From IMG/VR virus record IMGVR_UViG_3300014205_000170, positions 96,001-160,000 of that record: DNA of 64,000 bases, one strand, 5' to 3'. Origin of the DNA: a virus (taxonomy: Duplodnaviria > Caudoviricetes). The position numbers and the translations under genes were made by a program. This document shows, one piece after another, positions 1 to 9,905 of the stretch; the first letter of the stretch is position 1, and the number at the start of each line of letters is the position of its first letter. The notes below the pieces were generated by a model. That model ran no database searches and was not told where the DNA came from. It saw nothing but the letters and a program-made list of their open reading frames with translations.

Positions 1-2
1 AA

Positions 3-227
3 GCCAAAGAAGTTAATCCATATGGTTGTTATGGAGGAAATAGACCTCATCCTATGGATTTTGAAGATAAAGATGAGTTTGCACAAAGACATCAACAATT
101 TGAGGATTACGAATCAAAGTTAAGAATGTTTGAAATTGAATTGGGTGTTCTTAAAGGATTTACACCACACAGAAAACATGATGCGGAAATTTTAGAGAAT
201 GGAAAAATTAAAATATTAGTTAATTAA
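3..227 (+). CDS. 3' part of a hypothetical protein truncated by the window edge
   Basis: Open frame from position 3 to TAA at 225-227, abutting the next ATG at 230. Confidence 0.6.
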   Translation, partial: AKEVNPYGCYGGNRPHPMDFEDKDEFAQRHQQFEDYESKLRMFEIELGVLKGFTPHRKHDAEILENGKIKILVN

Positions 228-229
228 TT

Positions 230-574
230 ATGAGTACAAATGAAAAAAAGAATTATCCTGAAATTGGGACAAATTATAGACACTATAAAGGTGGTAAATA
301 CAATGTATTGACATTAGCTAAACACAGCGAAGCTTCAAATGTTAAAGCAATATTTGAAAAACTAAATTCAACAAAATTAAGTCCAGAAATAAAATTCTTA
401 ATAAAAGAGCTTGAAAAATCTTTTGAAGAAAATTTAGTAATTTATAAATCAATTCACTTTGGAAGTGTTCATGCAAGACCATTACAAATGTGGTTTGATA
501 AAGTAAAAGATAAAGAAACCATGTTAGGAGATGATACATTTAGATTTAAAGAAATCAAAGACAACAAAGATTAA
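230..574 (+). CDS. DUF1653-family protein with an internal insertion
   Basis: YRHYKGGKYNV..AKHSE ... LVIYKS..G.VHARPL.MW.DKV ... RF signature. Confidence 0.75.
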   Translation: MSTNEKKNYPEIGTNYRHYKGGKYNVLTLAKHSEASNVKAIFEKLNSTKLSPEIKFLIKELEKSFEENLVIYKSIHFGSVHARPLQMWFDKVKDKETMLGDDTFRFKEIKDNKD

Positions 575-576
575 TA

Positions 577-825
577 ATGAGCAAATTCAAGAAAATAGTA
601 GAACGACCTTTAAAAACACTGAGTTTGAAAGAAGGAGAAAAATTATCTAAAAATCCCAACAAACCAATCATTCATATTAACGGAGAAGGTAAGCAATGTT
701 ATTTATGGATTGGTAATAACAATAAAGGAGATAAATTTTGCTATGCTACAGTGTCTGGACAAAAAACTTTAAAGAAGTTTGCTCAAACTTTATTAAAGAA
801 ATTAGAAACTATAAAAAAACAATAA
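577..825 (+). CDS. hypothetical protein
   Basis: ORF tightly packed in the + gene run. Confidence 0.6.
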   Translation: MSKFKKIVERPLKTLSLKEGEKLSKNPNKPIIHINGEGKQCYLWIGNNNKGDKFCYATVSGQKTLKKFAQTLLKKLETIKKQ

Positions 826-827
826 AA

Positions 828-1418
828 ATGTCTAGTGGCGATTATGGTGATTATATTAGGGCGTTTGCTGGCTCAGAATTAGATATGAACTATCTATTTT
901 CCCAAATAACGAAACAACCAATACAAGAAAAAACAAATTTAGAAATTTTACAAGAAAATTTTTCTGATTTTTTTTATAAATCCGGAATAGTTGAAAACAA
1001 TTCTATGGCAAATTTATGTGCCGCCCATACTATTGAATTTGCAAATCAACAATGTGAAAAACTACACAAACTTCTTCTTGATGAAATAAAAGATTTAAAG
1101 GACAGAGAGTTAGAATTTAGATATAAGGAAGAAAAATATTTGGAAGAACTTGCAACTTTAAACTCTATCATGCAAAACACGAATGAAGAGACTGTTTGTT
1201 ATGCAGATGTTGTTGAATTAAAACGTGAACTCAAATTAGAAAAAGAGAGAAATCGTTCTTTAGCGCAAAGAGAAGTAAGTTGGCCCATTCCAAAAGGTGT
1301 TGTTGAACCTCTAGATGATTTTAAACCAATAAGAAAATCACCATATGCAGATGAGGGTTCTTGGTTCGGCGATGCTAAGTACAATCCAGATTGTGATTAT
1401 GACGACAAGCCTTTTTAA
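828..1418 (+). CDS. hypothetical coiled-coil protein
   Basis: ATG at 828 directly follows the previous stop; E/K-rich helical middle. Confidence 0.6.
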   Translation: MSSGDYGDYIRAFAGSELDMNYLFSQITKQPIQEKTNLEILQENFSDFFYKSGIVENNSMANLCAAHTIEFANQQCEKLHKLLLDEIKDLKDRELEFRYKEEKYLEELATLNSIMQNTNEETVCYADVVELKRELKLEKERNRSLAQREVSWPIPKGVVEPLDDFKPIRKSPYADEGSWFGDAKYNPDCDYDDKPF

Positions 1419-1434
1419 CAAATTTCAATATTTT

Positions 1435-1463
1435 GTAACAAAATTGTCTTAAAATTCGTTTAA
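1435..1463 (+). promoter_or_regulatory. ECF-sigma-type promoter GTAAC-N17-CGTTTAA
   Basis: Intergenic; one of 10 copies of the bipartite motif. Confidence 0.7.
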
Positions 1464-1471
1464 ATATATGA

Positions 1472-1759
1472 ATGAAAGAGCCTAAAAAATCCAAGAAAAC
1501 GCCATCACTATTCGATTATAGTGAGTTTACATGGGGCTTTAATTCATCGGTGAGCGGTAAAAACCTCCATTCTGTCTCTAGACACTCAAGAAAAGAAAAA
1601 CTTACCGAATGTAGATTACACGTTACAGACAAAATAACGAACTTAGAAGAAAACTACACAATTCCGGCTGGACATTATTCTAAAAAAGAAATGCAAAAAT
1701 TACGTCAAGACGCACTTGACAAAACAATATTATCTCTAATGAAAAAAAGAAAAAAATGA
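1472..1759 (+). CDS. hypothetical protein
   Basis: ORF directly after the promoter motif. Confidence 0.6.
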   Translation: MKEPKKSKKTPSLFDYSEFTWGFNSSVSGKNLHSVSRHSRKEKLTECRLHVTDKITNLEENYTIPAGHYSKKEMQKLRQDALDKTILSLMKKRKK

Positions 1760-2307
1760 TTGGAGAACTAAAAAATATTGAAAAAACTCAATTACTATCT
1801 CTATTACAAGATGAAGCAAAATGGCATACATTAGATGTTAATTATCATCCACCAAGAGTTGAGCGTTTATGGACTCAAATGGGAAAGAACCGGTTATTAC
1901 TTCACGTTATTCATCCTTGTACTTCTGAAGAAGCTTTATATCATCCACACCCATGGCCATCTGCTATTCATATTTTAAGTGGTGAATACGAAATGGGATT
2001 AGGTGTGAAAGCCTCAAACTTCATAGGACCAACTGAAAAATTTGCTGGGAAAAATCCAAAAATATATGAAATTGCAAAGGTTATATTAGGTGCCGGAAGT
2101 TATTATGAAATGCTTCAAAAAAGAGGATGGCATTTTGTAAGACCAATTAGCATTCCTTGTGTATCTCTTATGTTAATCGGAGAACCTTGGGATAACGAAG
2201 AAGAAAATGGTCAACCAAATCCAGAAGGTGGACTTTTTGAGATTTTATCAGAAAGAAAACAAGAAATTTTAACCACAGCAATAAAATTAATTACATGTAT
2301 ACATTAA
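1756..2307 (+). CDS. cupin-fold (cysteine dioxygenase-like) protein
   Basis: HPHPWPSAIHILSGEYE and a downstream WHFV motif. Confidence 0.55.
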   Translation: MIGELKNIEKTQLLSLLQDEAKWHTLDVNYHPPRVERLWTQMGKNRLLLHVIHPCTSEEALYHPHPWPSAIHILSGEYEMGLGVKASNFIGPTEKFAGKNPKIYEIAKVILGAGSYYEMLQKRGWHFVRPISIPCVSLMLIGEPWDNEEENGQPNPEGGLFEILSERKQEILTTAIKLITCIH

Positions 2308-2636
2308 TCCAGATATTACATAATACAGAAAGAAAAACATGGCATCCAATTTTTTACATGGAAAGTCCATTACCTGGCCAAGACCTTTCTAATGATTTAA
2401 TACGTTTTAAGTCAAAAGGACATCACACTAGTGGTTTTGTAACATTAAAAGCAGCAATCGCAGAAACAATAGTTGTGGAGTCTAGATTAGTTGGACAAGG
2501 TCACACTGTTTTTTGTGAAATTGAGCCATTATTATCTTGGGATGGTATTGAAGTACCGGTAAGTACCACCTTAAGAAGTTTAGAAGAATTAAAAAACTTT
2601 AAAAATAAAACTGAAGGGAATCTTACACATGAATAA
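2295..2636 (+). CDS. hypothetical protein
   Basis: ORF overlapping its neighbours in the gene run. Confidence 0.55.
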   Translation: MYTLIQILHNTERKTWHPIFYMESPLPGQDLSNDLIRFKSKGHHTSGFVTLKAAIAETIVVESRLVGQGHTVFCEIEPLLSWDGIEVPVSTTLRSLEELKNFKNKTEGNLTHE

Positions 2637-3396
2637 GGAAGAGTTAATACAAGTGTTTGAAGATACAAAAAACCTTTGTCAAAATATACCGGCACCAAGT
2701 ACACAAAAATCCATTCACACAATGTCTAGAGATGTTGAATCGGAAAAACTTACGCAAAAAGAGGGATTAGTTATAATAGAACCTTTAGATACGGTCACAG
2801 CTTTAATTAAGTATTCTAAGAAAGAAAACAATAATGGTATCTTTAAACAGAACGCAGTTCTAAATATGGCCAGCTCAAAAAGACCCGGAGGAGGTGTTCA
2901 AAACGGTTCTGTTGCTCAAGAAGAATGCTTGTTTAGATGTTCAAACTTATATCATATTCAAAAAGAATTTTATCCAATAGATTCAAAAGAATTTATTTTT
3001 AGTAAAAATGTTAGTTTTGTCAAAAATGGCAACTATGAAAGAATAGAACCAATTTTGGCTGACGTTATTACAATGCCAGCCATTAATTTAAACAAGAATC
3101 ATATTGATAATGTAATAGTAAAAGATTCTATTGTTGACTATGAAGAAAGAATGATTGAGAAAATTAATAAAATTTTTGATATTGCAGAGGAGAATTTAAA
3201 TAAAAATTTAATTCTTGGAGCTTGGGGGTGTGGGGTTTTTAAAAATGAACCTAAAGTCGTAGCAGAGTTTTTTAATATTGTATTAGAAAAGAAAAGATTC
3301 TTTTTTGATAAAATTATTTTTGCAATTATAAATGACCAAAATTCCGTAGCAAATAACTATCAAATATTTTTAAATACTATTAAAACAAAATATTAA
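2629..3396 (+). CDS. microbial PARG-type macrodomain (TIGR02452/DUF2263 family)
   Basis: LNMASSKRPGGGVQNGSVAQEECLFRCS and LILGAWGCGVF motifs. Confidence 0.88.
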   Translation: MNKEELIQVFEDTKNLCQNIPAPSTQKSIHTMSRDVESEKLTQKEGLVIIEPLDTVTALIKYSKKENNNGIFKQNAVLNMASSKRPGGGVQNGSVAQEECLFRCSNLYHIQKEFYPIDSKEFIFSKNVSFVKNGNYERIEPILADVITMPAINLNKNHIDNVIVKDSIVDYEERMIEKINKIFDIAEENLNKNLILGAWGCGVFKNEPKVVAEFFNIVLEKKRFFFDKIIFAIINDQNSVANNYQIFLNTIKTKY

Positions 3397-3595
3397 AATG
3401 GGTTGGAAATCGAGCAAAGACATAACAAGAGAAGAATCTATGAAAATTATATTAGACCGGTTATACATGGCCTCAAACGATGAACTCTCTCATATCTTGC
3501 TTAATCTTGGTTTTGGAGATGATATAAATCTTCCACACTATGGATATAATTTTAATGTAGTAGATAAATCAGAAGATAATAAAGAATTATAAAAT

Positions 3596-4660
3596 ATGGC
3601 ATTCAAGAAAAAAGCACCATTTGTTATAAGATTTAATCACTATGAATCTTATCCTCATAAAACACTTACACATATTTTTGTTAATGATGTTTATTTCAAT
3701 TCTACTAATTCTATAAGTGGTGGTGGTTACAGTGACAAAAGAACTCTTAATGAAATTATACAAGTAAATATTTTAAAACCACTGCTCGAAAATACATGTT
3801 ATTATTTTGAAAATACTGTCGATTCAAATTATAAAGAAAAAAAATGTCAAATATTTGAATATAAAATTCAACTCGGAAACGAAAAAACAACTCTTGAAAG
3901 AATAAAAGAAAAATTTGCTCTTAAAACAGAACGATATTATTTTGAACAAAGTCAAATTGAAACAATTGAAAATAACATTATAACTTCTACTTTATCAAGT
4001 GAAACTCATAAAAAAGAAGAAGTTTTTAATTCAAATATCGAAAAACAAACCTTGGCTTTGAAACAACACTTTGAAAATTTTTATGGAGTTCAAATAGAAA
4101 TAAAAAATCAACCTACTTTTTTGGATATAAATAAGACAGACTCATGGCGTGCATTGTTGCCTTTTAAATATAAAATCAAACAAGTTTTAGATGTTGAAAA
4201 ATTAAAAACAAAAGCAGAAAAAATAGATTTTTTTGATAGATTTAACTTAGTATTAGCAGATATTGAAATTGATAAAAAAAATGAATATGATGTATTGAAA
4301 ATGACAGTATCTCCATCTTATTCAAATGTGTTACTCTCAGAAGCAGTATTAGGGTGTATGGAAAATCCAATATATTTACACATTATTAAAACGCATGAAC
4401 AAGAATTTTTAAATGATTTTGTTGCATTTAAAAAAATAATTTTTGATAATTTCAAACAATCATCTCGTTCTAGGGGAAACTTTATATTTTTAATGAATTT
4501 TCACAAGATAATGCCAGAACTTTATAAGCAAATGTTTGGTACTTTATCTTATGGTTTAGTTCCGGCTTTAATTACAATGAAAGAAACAGTTGGATTTTCT
4601 AAAAACATTGATATACAAGATATTTATAATGATAGCAATAACCTTCCAGAACAATTTTAA
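3596..4660 (+). CDS. hypothetical protein
   Basis: 354 aa ORF, no motif recognised. Confidence 0.65.
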   Translation: MAFKKKAPFVIRFNHYESYPHKTLTHIFVNDVYFNSTNSISGGGYSDKRTLNEIIQVNILKPLLENTCYYFENTVDSNYKEKKCQIFEYKIQLGNEKTTLERIKEKFALKTERYYFEQSQIETIENNIITSTLSSETHKKEEVFNSNIEKQTLALKQHFENFYGVQIEIKNQPTFLDINKTDSWRALLPFKYKIKQVLDVEKLKTKAEKIDFFDRFNLVLADIEIDKKNEYDVLKMTVSPSYSNVLLSEAVLGCMENPIYLHIIKTHEQEFLNDFVAFKKIIFDNFKQSSRSRGNFIFLMNFHKIMPELYKQMFGTLSYGLVPALITMKETVGFSKNIDIQDIYNDSNNLPEQF

Positions 4661-4663
4661 ATT

Positions 4664-6352
4664 ATGTTAGAAATTTTAGTCCCAAGAATAGAACATGATA
4701 TTAAATATCAAGCTAAAGATGGTCAATTTTTTGAAAATAAAGACAATTGCATACGACATGAGCAAGAACTAGACTTTGCATCCTTTGTGTTGGATGAAAA
4801 AAAAGTACAAGGTCCAATCACAGAAGAAAATTGGCAACATTGTGTTTATGATTTATTAAATCAATTCTATAACAATCCTATCAAACATGCATTCCTTTTA
4901 CAAAAAGAAAATTATTCAAGAAACGATTGGAAAAAAAATGAAAAAACAAACGAATATGAAACTGTAATAATAGAATTTGATATTACCCAAGTTAAAATAT
5001 TGTTTTTAGAAGCTTTCAAAGAGGTTTATAACTACAGAGAAATTTTCATAGATAGAATGAGACATGATAGAAATAACTATCAAAGAATAAATATATCTAA
5101 TCTAGAATCACATACTGGGTCATATGTTGGTTGTAAATTTAAATTAGACACTCCGTTAGAAAATATATACAAATTCATCTTAGATAAAAAATTATTATCG
5201 CTTGAAGATTTATTAGAAGATTTTAAAAAAACAATATACACCACTAAATATAACCGATTGTCAGGTAAATCTGAAGAACGTAAGCTCACGTTAGAAGAAA
5301 TTCATAATTCTTTTTCTTTAACACACTTTCATAATTGTTTTAATGCTAACTGTACTACTTCTTTAGATATTGCAATAAAAAACTTAAACTTAAATTTAAT
5401 GTTTTGTTTAAATTATATAACAACCGGAAGTTATGGAGGAGATATAAATAACACATTAAGAGCAGATTTTTTTACAAGATTATGCTGTTTTCGTTTCACT
5501 TATAAAAGCAATTACTCTAACACCATTATATCAGCAGATGATACAAAAAGAATTAAATGGATTAAATATTTAATTGAAAAAAACATATCTTTAAAACTAT
5601 TTAAATATTATTATTCTTATGATGAAATGCATAATAATGAAATAGATTTTAAAACTAATTCTAATGTTATTTATTTAACAATAGACGATTTAATTAAAAA
5701 CGTTGAAAGAGAGGCGGATAATCATAAAGTGTTTTTGTTTCAAAAAACAAGTAAAGAAATTATATCTTTATTACGAGGGATAACAAATAATATTTTTACC
5801 ACTAATAAAAAAAATAAAAAACCATATTCTTATTTTGTGCTAGAAAAAGCATTTCACGAAGTAGTAGAAAAACTTTCTGATTATCCAGAATTGAACATTG
5901 TAGTTGATAGAGATAATTTTTCAATTATAAGAATAATTGAAGAAAATAAAAGTTATGAATTAAATAAACATAATGAATATAGGAATTTTAAGCAAATAGA
6001 AGCTCAATTTCATTTATCTCTTTTTAATGCAAGACAACATTATGCTGGTCATGATAAAACGAAAGTTAAAGATGAAATTACTATTCACTACACTTCTAAA
6101 GAAGATAGATATGATAGTAAAAAAGATTCTGCATTAAGGACGAGACTGTTTATAAACGATTATAAAAACAAAGAAGATAAATTAATTTCGGAAATAATTT
6201 TTCAATTAAATGATAAAAATCCATTAGGACAAGATGGATTGCAAAAAATAAAAAGTCTCGAAGAGACACTCCTTCAAATGGAAAAACAAAAAGAAAAGCT
6301 ATTAGAAGAAAAAGAAACTTTAGAACGTTTAATACCTAAAAAGAAGAAATAA
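4664..6352 (+). CDS. hypothetical protein
   Basis: 562 aa ORF; N-terminal Y.A.DG.FF....C..HE segment common in phage proteins. Confidence 0.65.
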   Translation: MLEILVPRIEHDIKYQAKDGQFFENKDNCIRHEQELDFASFVLDEKKVQGPITEENWQHCVYDLLNQFYNNPIKHAFLLQKENYSRNDWKKNEKTNEYETVIIEFDITQVKILFLEAFKEVYNYREIFIDRMRHDRNNYQRINISNLESHTGSYVGCKFKLDTPLENIYKFILDKKLLSLEDLLEDFKKTIYTTKYNRLSGKSEERKLTLEEIHNSFSLTHFHNCFNANCTTSLDIAIKNLNLNLMFCLNYITTGSYGGDINNTLRADFFTRLCCFRFTYKSNYSNTIISADDTKRIKWIKYLIEKNISLKLFKYYYSYDEMHNNEIDFKTNSNVIYLTIDDLIKNVEREADNHKVFLFQKTSKEIISLLRGITNNIFTTNKKNKKPYSYFVLEKAFHEVVEKLSDYPELNIVVDRDNFSIIRIIEENKSYELNKHNEYRNFKQIEAQFHLSLFNARQHYAGHDKTKVKDEITIHYTSKEDRYDSKKDSALRTRLFINDYKNKEDKLISEIIFQLNDKNPLGQDGLQKIKSLEETLLQMEKQKEKLLEEKETLERLIPKKKK

Positions 6353-6361
6353 AAAACTTTA

Positions 6362-6772
6362 ATGAATATAAATCCTAAAAATATAATTTCTACCGGTTGT
6401 TGTGAAAAAGCAAATCAATTTAAAACAGTATATTTAGATTTTGATTATGAGGAACACAAGCAGTCCGATTGTCACGCTACTCTTAAACCGAGATGGTATT
6501 CGAAAGGAGTTCAAGAAATATATGAAGGTTCTAATTATTTTTTAATTAGTTCTGTTGAGGTTACATTTTGCCCATTTTGTGCCAAACAAGTTCCTGAAAT
6601 TGAAAGAAATAAAAAGGCTCCAAAAAAGAGAATTCAAAATGGAGATGGAGATTATTGTCACACTTGTGATGAACGTTTAATGAGCTGCGATTGTTTACCT
6701 CCGACATTTAGTTGGAAACCGGTTGGAGTCGAAGTATTCATTCCTAGTCCTATTAAAAGAAATGAAGATTAA
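6362..6772 (+). CDS. Cys-rich zinc-binding hypothetical protein
   Basis: CC, CPFC and CHTC..CDC motifs. Confidence 0.6.
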   Translation: MNINPKNIISTGCCEKANQFKTVYLDFDYEEHKQSDCHATLKPRWYSKGVQEIYEGSNYFLISSVEVTFCPFCAKQVPEIERNKKAPKKRIQNGDGDYCHTCDERLMSCDCLPPTFSWKPVGVEVFIPSPIKRNED

Positions 6773-6788
6773 TAATTAAAACAACAAC

Positions 6789-7136
6789 ATGGAAACAAAC
6801 ACACAACAAAAATCCGACATTGCTTTTGAAGATTTTGCGAAAGCTGATATTCGTATTTGTAAAATCCTAACAGTAGAAAAAGTAGAAAAGGCAGATAAAC
6901 TTTATAAACTTACTGTTGATACTGGAATTGATAATAGAGTAGTAGTTAGTGCCATTGCTCATAAATTAACTCCAGAACAAATTCTTAACAAGAATATTCC
7001 TTTTATTTTAAATCTACCGGTACGCTCAATTCGTGGTATAGAATCTCATGGTATGATTTTATTAGCCGGAAATCCTGATAATGATTTTTATGTTCTTAGT
7101 AATGAGAACGCTGCCCCAGGAACGGTTGTAATATAA
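6789..7136 (+). CDS. stand-alone tRNA-binding OB-fold protein (MetRS C-terminal / Trbp111 / CsaA-like)
   Basis: FEDFAKADIRI..I..VEKV.KADKLYKL.VD.G, NLP.R.IRGIESHGMILLA, PGT motifs. Confidence 0.88.
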   Translation: METNTQQKSDIAFEDFAKADIRICKILTVEKVEKADKLYKLTVDTGIDNRVVVSAIAHKLTPEQILNKNIPFILNLPVRSIRGIESHGMILLAGNPDNDFYVLSNENAAPGTVVI

Positions 7137-7138
7137 CT

Positions 7139-7166
7139 GTAACTTTTTAACAATCACTACGTTTAA
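7139..7166 (+). promoter_or_regulatory. ECF-sigma-type promoter GTAAC-N16-CGTTTAA
   Basis: Intergenic, 5 nt before ATG 7172. Confidence 0.75.
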
Positions 7167-7171
7167 TAGAT

Positions 7172-7717
7172 ATGAAGGTCAAACCTTGTATATTATCTAT
7201 TATTCCTTATACTCCGGACGAGCTTACGGATGGTATTGTAATGTATAACCTCCAAAGTAAGGAAATTGATTTTCTAAAAGCTGGTACAGCCTTTATGCAT
7301 CCATTTGTACCGGTTAAACTACGCTTAGTCTTCGAAAGGGAAATTTTGGCCTCAGAGAACCAAATTGGTCTTATTTATTCGGAAGACCCAGAAGAAATTC
7401 TACTTGATGCTTGGCACTATCATACAAACGTAAGTGGAGGACACACATTTGAAACATTCAAACGGTTATGTGTAACGGACCGAGAATTCGCTAATTTATG
7501 GCTTTTTAGACCAAATGACGCAAGCAACCAATATATTGACATTCATACTGGTCATCTTAATGAAATCATTCAGAATGATTGTAAATGCTTTATAGAAGTT
7601 GAGGATGACCCAGAAGAAGAAATATCCAATTCAGTAGGTATGATTGATGTTTCATTAAAAAGATATGCTCCTAAATTTATTAATAATAAAATCATAATAC
7701 ATTTAAGAAAACCATAA
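7172..7717 (+). CDS. hypothetical protein
   Basis: ORF directly after the promoter motif. Confidence 0.65.
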   Translation: MKVKPCILSIIPYTPDELTDGIVMYNLQSKEIDFLKAGTAFMHPFVPVKLRLVFEREILASENQIGLIYSEDPEEILLDAWHYHTNVSGGHTFETFKRLCVTDREFANLWLFRPNDASNQYIDIHTGHLNEIIQNDCKCFIEVEDDPEEEISNSVGMIDVSLKRYAPKFINNKIIIHLRKP

Positions 7718-7742
7718 TAAATTTTCTAACTTTCAGTTTTAT

Positions 7743-7793
7743 AAGGTCTAATTTCTTATCTTTGTATAGATGTTGAAATTAGACCTTTTTTTT
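7743..7793 (+). terminator. 13-bp inverted repeat plus T-tract; the loop contains a TATCTTTG promoter element
   Basis: AAGGTCTAATTTC (7743-7755) pairs with GAAATTAGACCTT (7775-7787), followed by a T run. Confidence 0.55.
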
Positions 7794-7795
7794 GA

Positions 7796-8035
7796 ATGAG
7801 TAACAATAAACACATAAGCAATACTAAAACTATTAGCCAGAAAAAGTCTAATGAGCTATATCGAGTAGTTGATAAAACTATTATGGATGCTCGTATAGAC
7901 ATTAAGAAGTACATTGACACGCACAACCTGTCTAAACATCATGATAAAATAGATAAGATTCTTTTTGATTGCGGAATTAATGCTGCACAAGGAGCAATTG
8001 ATGTATTTAAAAAAACGAACAATGGAAACAACTGA
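7796..8035 (+). CDS. hypothetical protein
   Basis: ORF preceding ArgRS. Confidence 0.55.
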   Translation: MSNNKHISNTKTISQKKSNELYRVVDKTIMDARIDIKKYIDTHNLSKHHDKIDKILFDCGINAAQGAIDVFKKTNNGNN

Positions 8036-9266
8036 AAAAAACCAAATAGATATACACACATTTAAAATCATTCCTGAACATTTAGGAAAAGGTTTTGGTT
8101 TTTGTGTTTATGGAGAAACTTCTGAAGAAGTGTTGGAATTGGCGAAAGAATGTAATTTTAAAGTTGAGCCAGCTATTTCTGCAAAAGGCCATCAGTATAC
8201 AGATTTTTTTCCTACCGAAAAAACGGATTTCACTAAAATGTTTCCTGCATTTAAAAAATTTAAATACATGGATGGTTTTAGTCCAAACTTAAATAAACAT
8301 TTACATATTGGACATTTTTCCAATCTTGTAATTGCCAAAGCATTTCAATCATTGGAAGTCGCAGAAGTCTATTTTTCTATTCTTGGAGATACACTATCAA
8401 CAGAAGTGTCACTTAAAGCGGAAGCATTAGCGAAATTCGCTGGACATTGTATAACATTTGAATATAAATCAAATCCAATTTATTTTGCATCTGAAATGGT
8501 GTATAAAGGAGATTTATTAAAAGATGGCGAAGGAGATTATGCCGGTACAAAAATTGTTGAGATTGGTGAGGAAAAAATTGTTGTCATAAAACAAGATGGG
8601 TCTACATCTTATTTTTATCAAGATTTAGCTTTAGCTTCCGAACTTAATGAATCTACTCTTTACTTAACAGGCTATGAACAAGAAAATCATTTTAATACGC
8701 TTAAAAAGATTTATCCGCACATCCACCATGTTGGTTTGGGACTATTACGTTTTCAAACTCGAAATGAAGAAGGTAGTTTAGAGGATGATAAAATGTCAAC
8801 TCGTCTTGGAAATGTGATATTTCTTGATGATTTTCTAAAAGACTTACAGAAAAAATTTAATGATGATATAAAATTGTGTTATAACATCTTTGCAGGATAT
8901 ATTTTAAAAAACAATCCCAAGTCAGACAAAATGTTTAATGCTGACACAATGGAAAATCCAAAAAATTCTCCAGGATTATATTTGAGTTATACTATGGCGC
9001 GTTTAAAAAGTGCCGGAGTGCCAGCTACAACGAATGAAAATTTCATAAAACAGTTCTTAACGTTTAATTACTTAAAAAGTAAACACTCATTGAATCCTAA
9101 ATATTTATTTGATGCTTTAATTGATTTGTGTAATCAAATTAATCAATTGTATGGAATACATCAGATAAGCGAAAATGAAAAAAACAAAGAAATGTTTTCA
9201 GTTTTATTAGGAGACCTGTCTTTGGGAATGAAAAAATTAGGATTGTTTGAAATTGATAAAGTATAA
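8022..9266 (+). CDS. argS: arginyl-tRNA synthetase, shortened (414 aa)
   Basis: SPNLNKHLHIGH (HIGH), KQDGSTSYFYQDLA, KMSTRLGN (KMSKS-like) and GLYLSYTMARLKS motifs. Confidence 0.85.
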   Translation: METTEKNQIDIHTFKIIPEHLGKGFGFCVYGETSEEVLELAKECNFKVEPAISAKGHQYTDFFPTEKTDFTKMFPAFKKFKYMDGFSPNLNKHLHIGHFSNLVIAKAFQSLEVAEVYFSILGDTLSTEVSLKAEALAKFAGHCITFEYKSNPIYFASEMVYKGDLLKDGEGDYAGTKIVEIGEEKIVVIKQDGSTSYFYQDLALASELNESTLYLTGYEQENHFNTLKKIYPHIHHVGLGLLRFQTRNEEGSLEDDKMSTRLGNVIFLDDFLKDLQKKFNDDIKLCYNIFAGYILKNNPKSDKMFNADTMENPKNSPGLYLSYTMARLKSAGVPATTNENFIKQFLTFNYLKSKHSLNPKYLFDALIDLCNQINQLYGIHQISENEKNKEMFSVLLGDLSLGMKKLGLFEIDKV

Positions 9267-9272
9267 TAAATT

Positions 9273-9437
9273 ATGTGGAAAGCAATTGCGAATTTAATAA
9301 ATAAGTGGGCCTGTATGCATCAGTGGGATAAATTATTCGAAAGAGATGTGAAAAATCTTGGTTCTAATGAAAATTACACAAGTATAACTTATTGTTGTAA
9401 AAATTGCGGTAAATTTAAAAGATGGAAATCATCTTAA
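9273..9437 (+). CDS. small Cys-rich protein (54 aa)
   Basis: MWKAIANLINKWACMHQW...CCKNCGK fills the intergenic gap; below the ORF-track cut-off. Confidence 0.55.
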   Translation: MWKAIANLINKWACMHQWDKLFERDVKNLGSNENYTSITYCCKNCGKFKRWKSS

Positions 9438-9450
9438 AAAAACATAATGA

Positions 9451-9696
9451 ATGATTAAAATAAAAACCATACATTTTCTTGCTCATGAGGATGATAGCAA
9501 ATATGTTGCTGCTATTAAAGAGCATGAAGATGAGATACAAAAGTTTTTTATTTTAATAGAGTCAGAAGGACACACATTTATTAGTATGAACGAAGTGTCT
9601 TATGGGAGATTTAAAAATAACAACAGAACAAAAACAACAATATTATACCGAGAAAATTTGGTAAGAAAAGTCATTGTAGAGAAAAAAAGAAAATAA
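9451..9696 (+). CDS. small paralogue 1, C-terminal RKVIVEK motif
   Basis: Ends ILYRENLVRKVIVEKKRK. Confidence 0.7.
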   Translation: MIKIKTIHFLAHEDDSKYVAAIKEHEDEIQKFFILIESEGHTFISMNEVSYGRFKNNNRTKTTILYRENLVRKVIVEKKRK

Positions 9697-9905
9697 TGGA
9701 ACGGAAAGTGTTTCAAGCAAATGTTTATAATAGATTAGATTATGATGAATCAATTAATAAAATCTTGAAAGAGATAACAGAAGAAGGACATACTTTAGTT
9801 TCATACGCGACTATGATGATTGGGTCTGAAAGAATGCAAACAGAAGTGATATATCGAGAAAACTTTGCTAGAAAAGTTATTGTAGAAAAAGAACAAATGG
9901 CATGA
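9696..9905 (+). CDS. small paralogue 2, C-terminal RKVIVEK motif
   Basis: Ends VIYRENFARKVIVEKEQMA. Confidence 0.7.
   Translation: MERKVFQANVYNRLDYDESINKILKEITEEGHTLVSYATMMIGSERMQTEVIYRENFARKVIVEKEQMA

Noticed and set aside
6861-6881. KILTVEK in the tRNA-binding protein as an instance of the tag
   Set aside because: It falls in the family's normal conserved strand (G.I..VE.V..ADKL), so it is probably coincidental.
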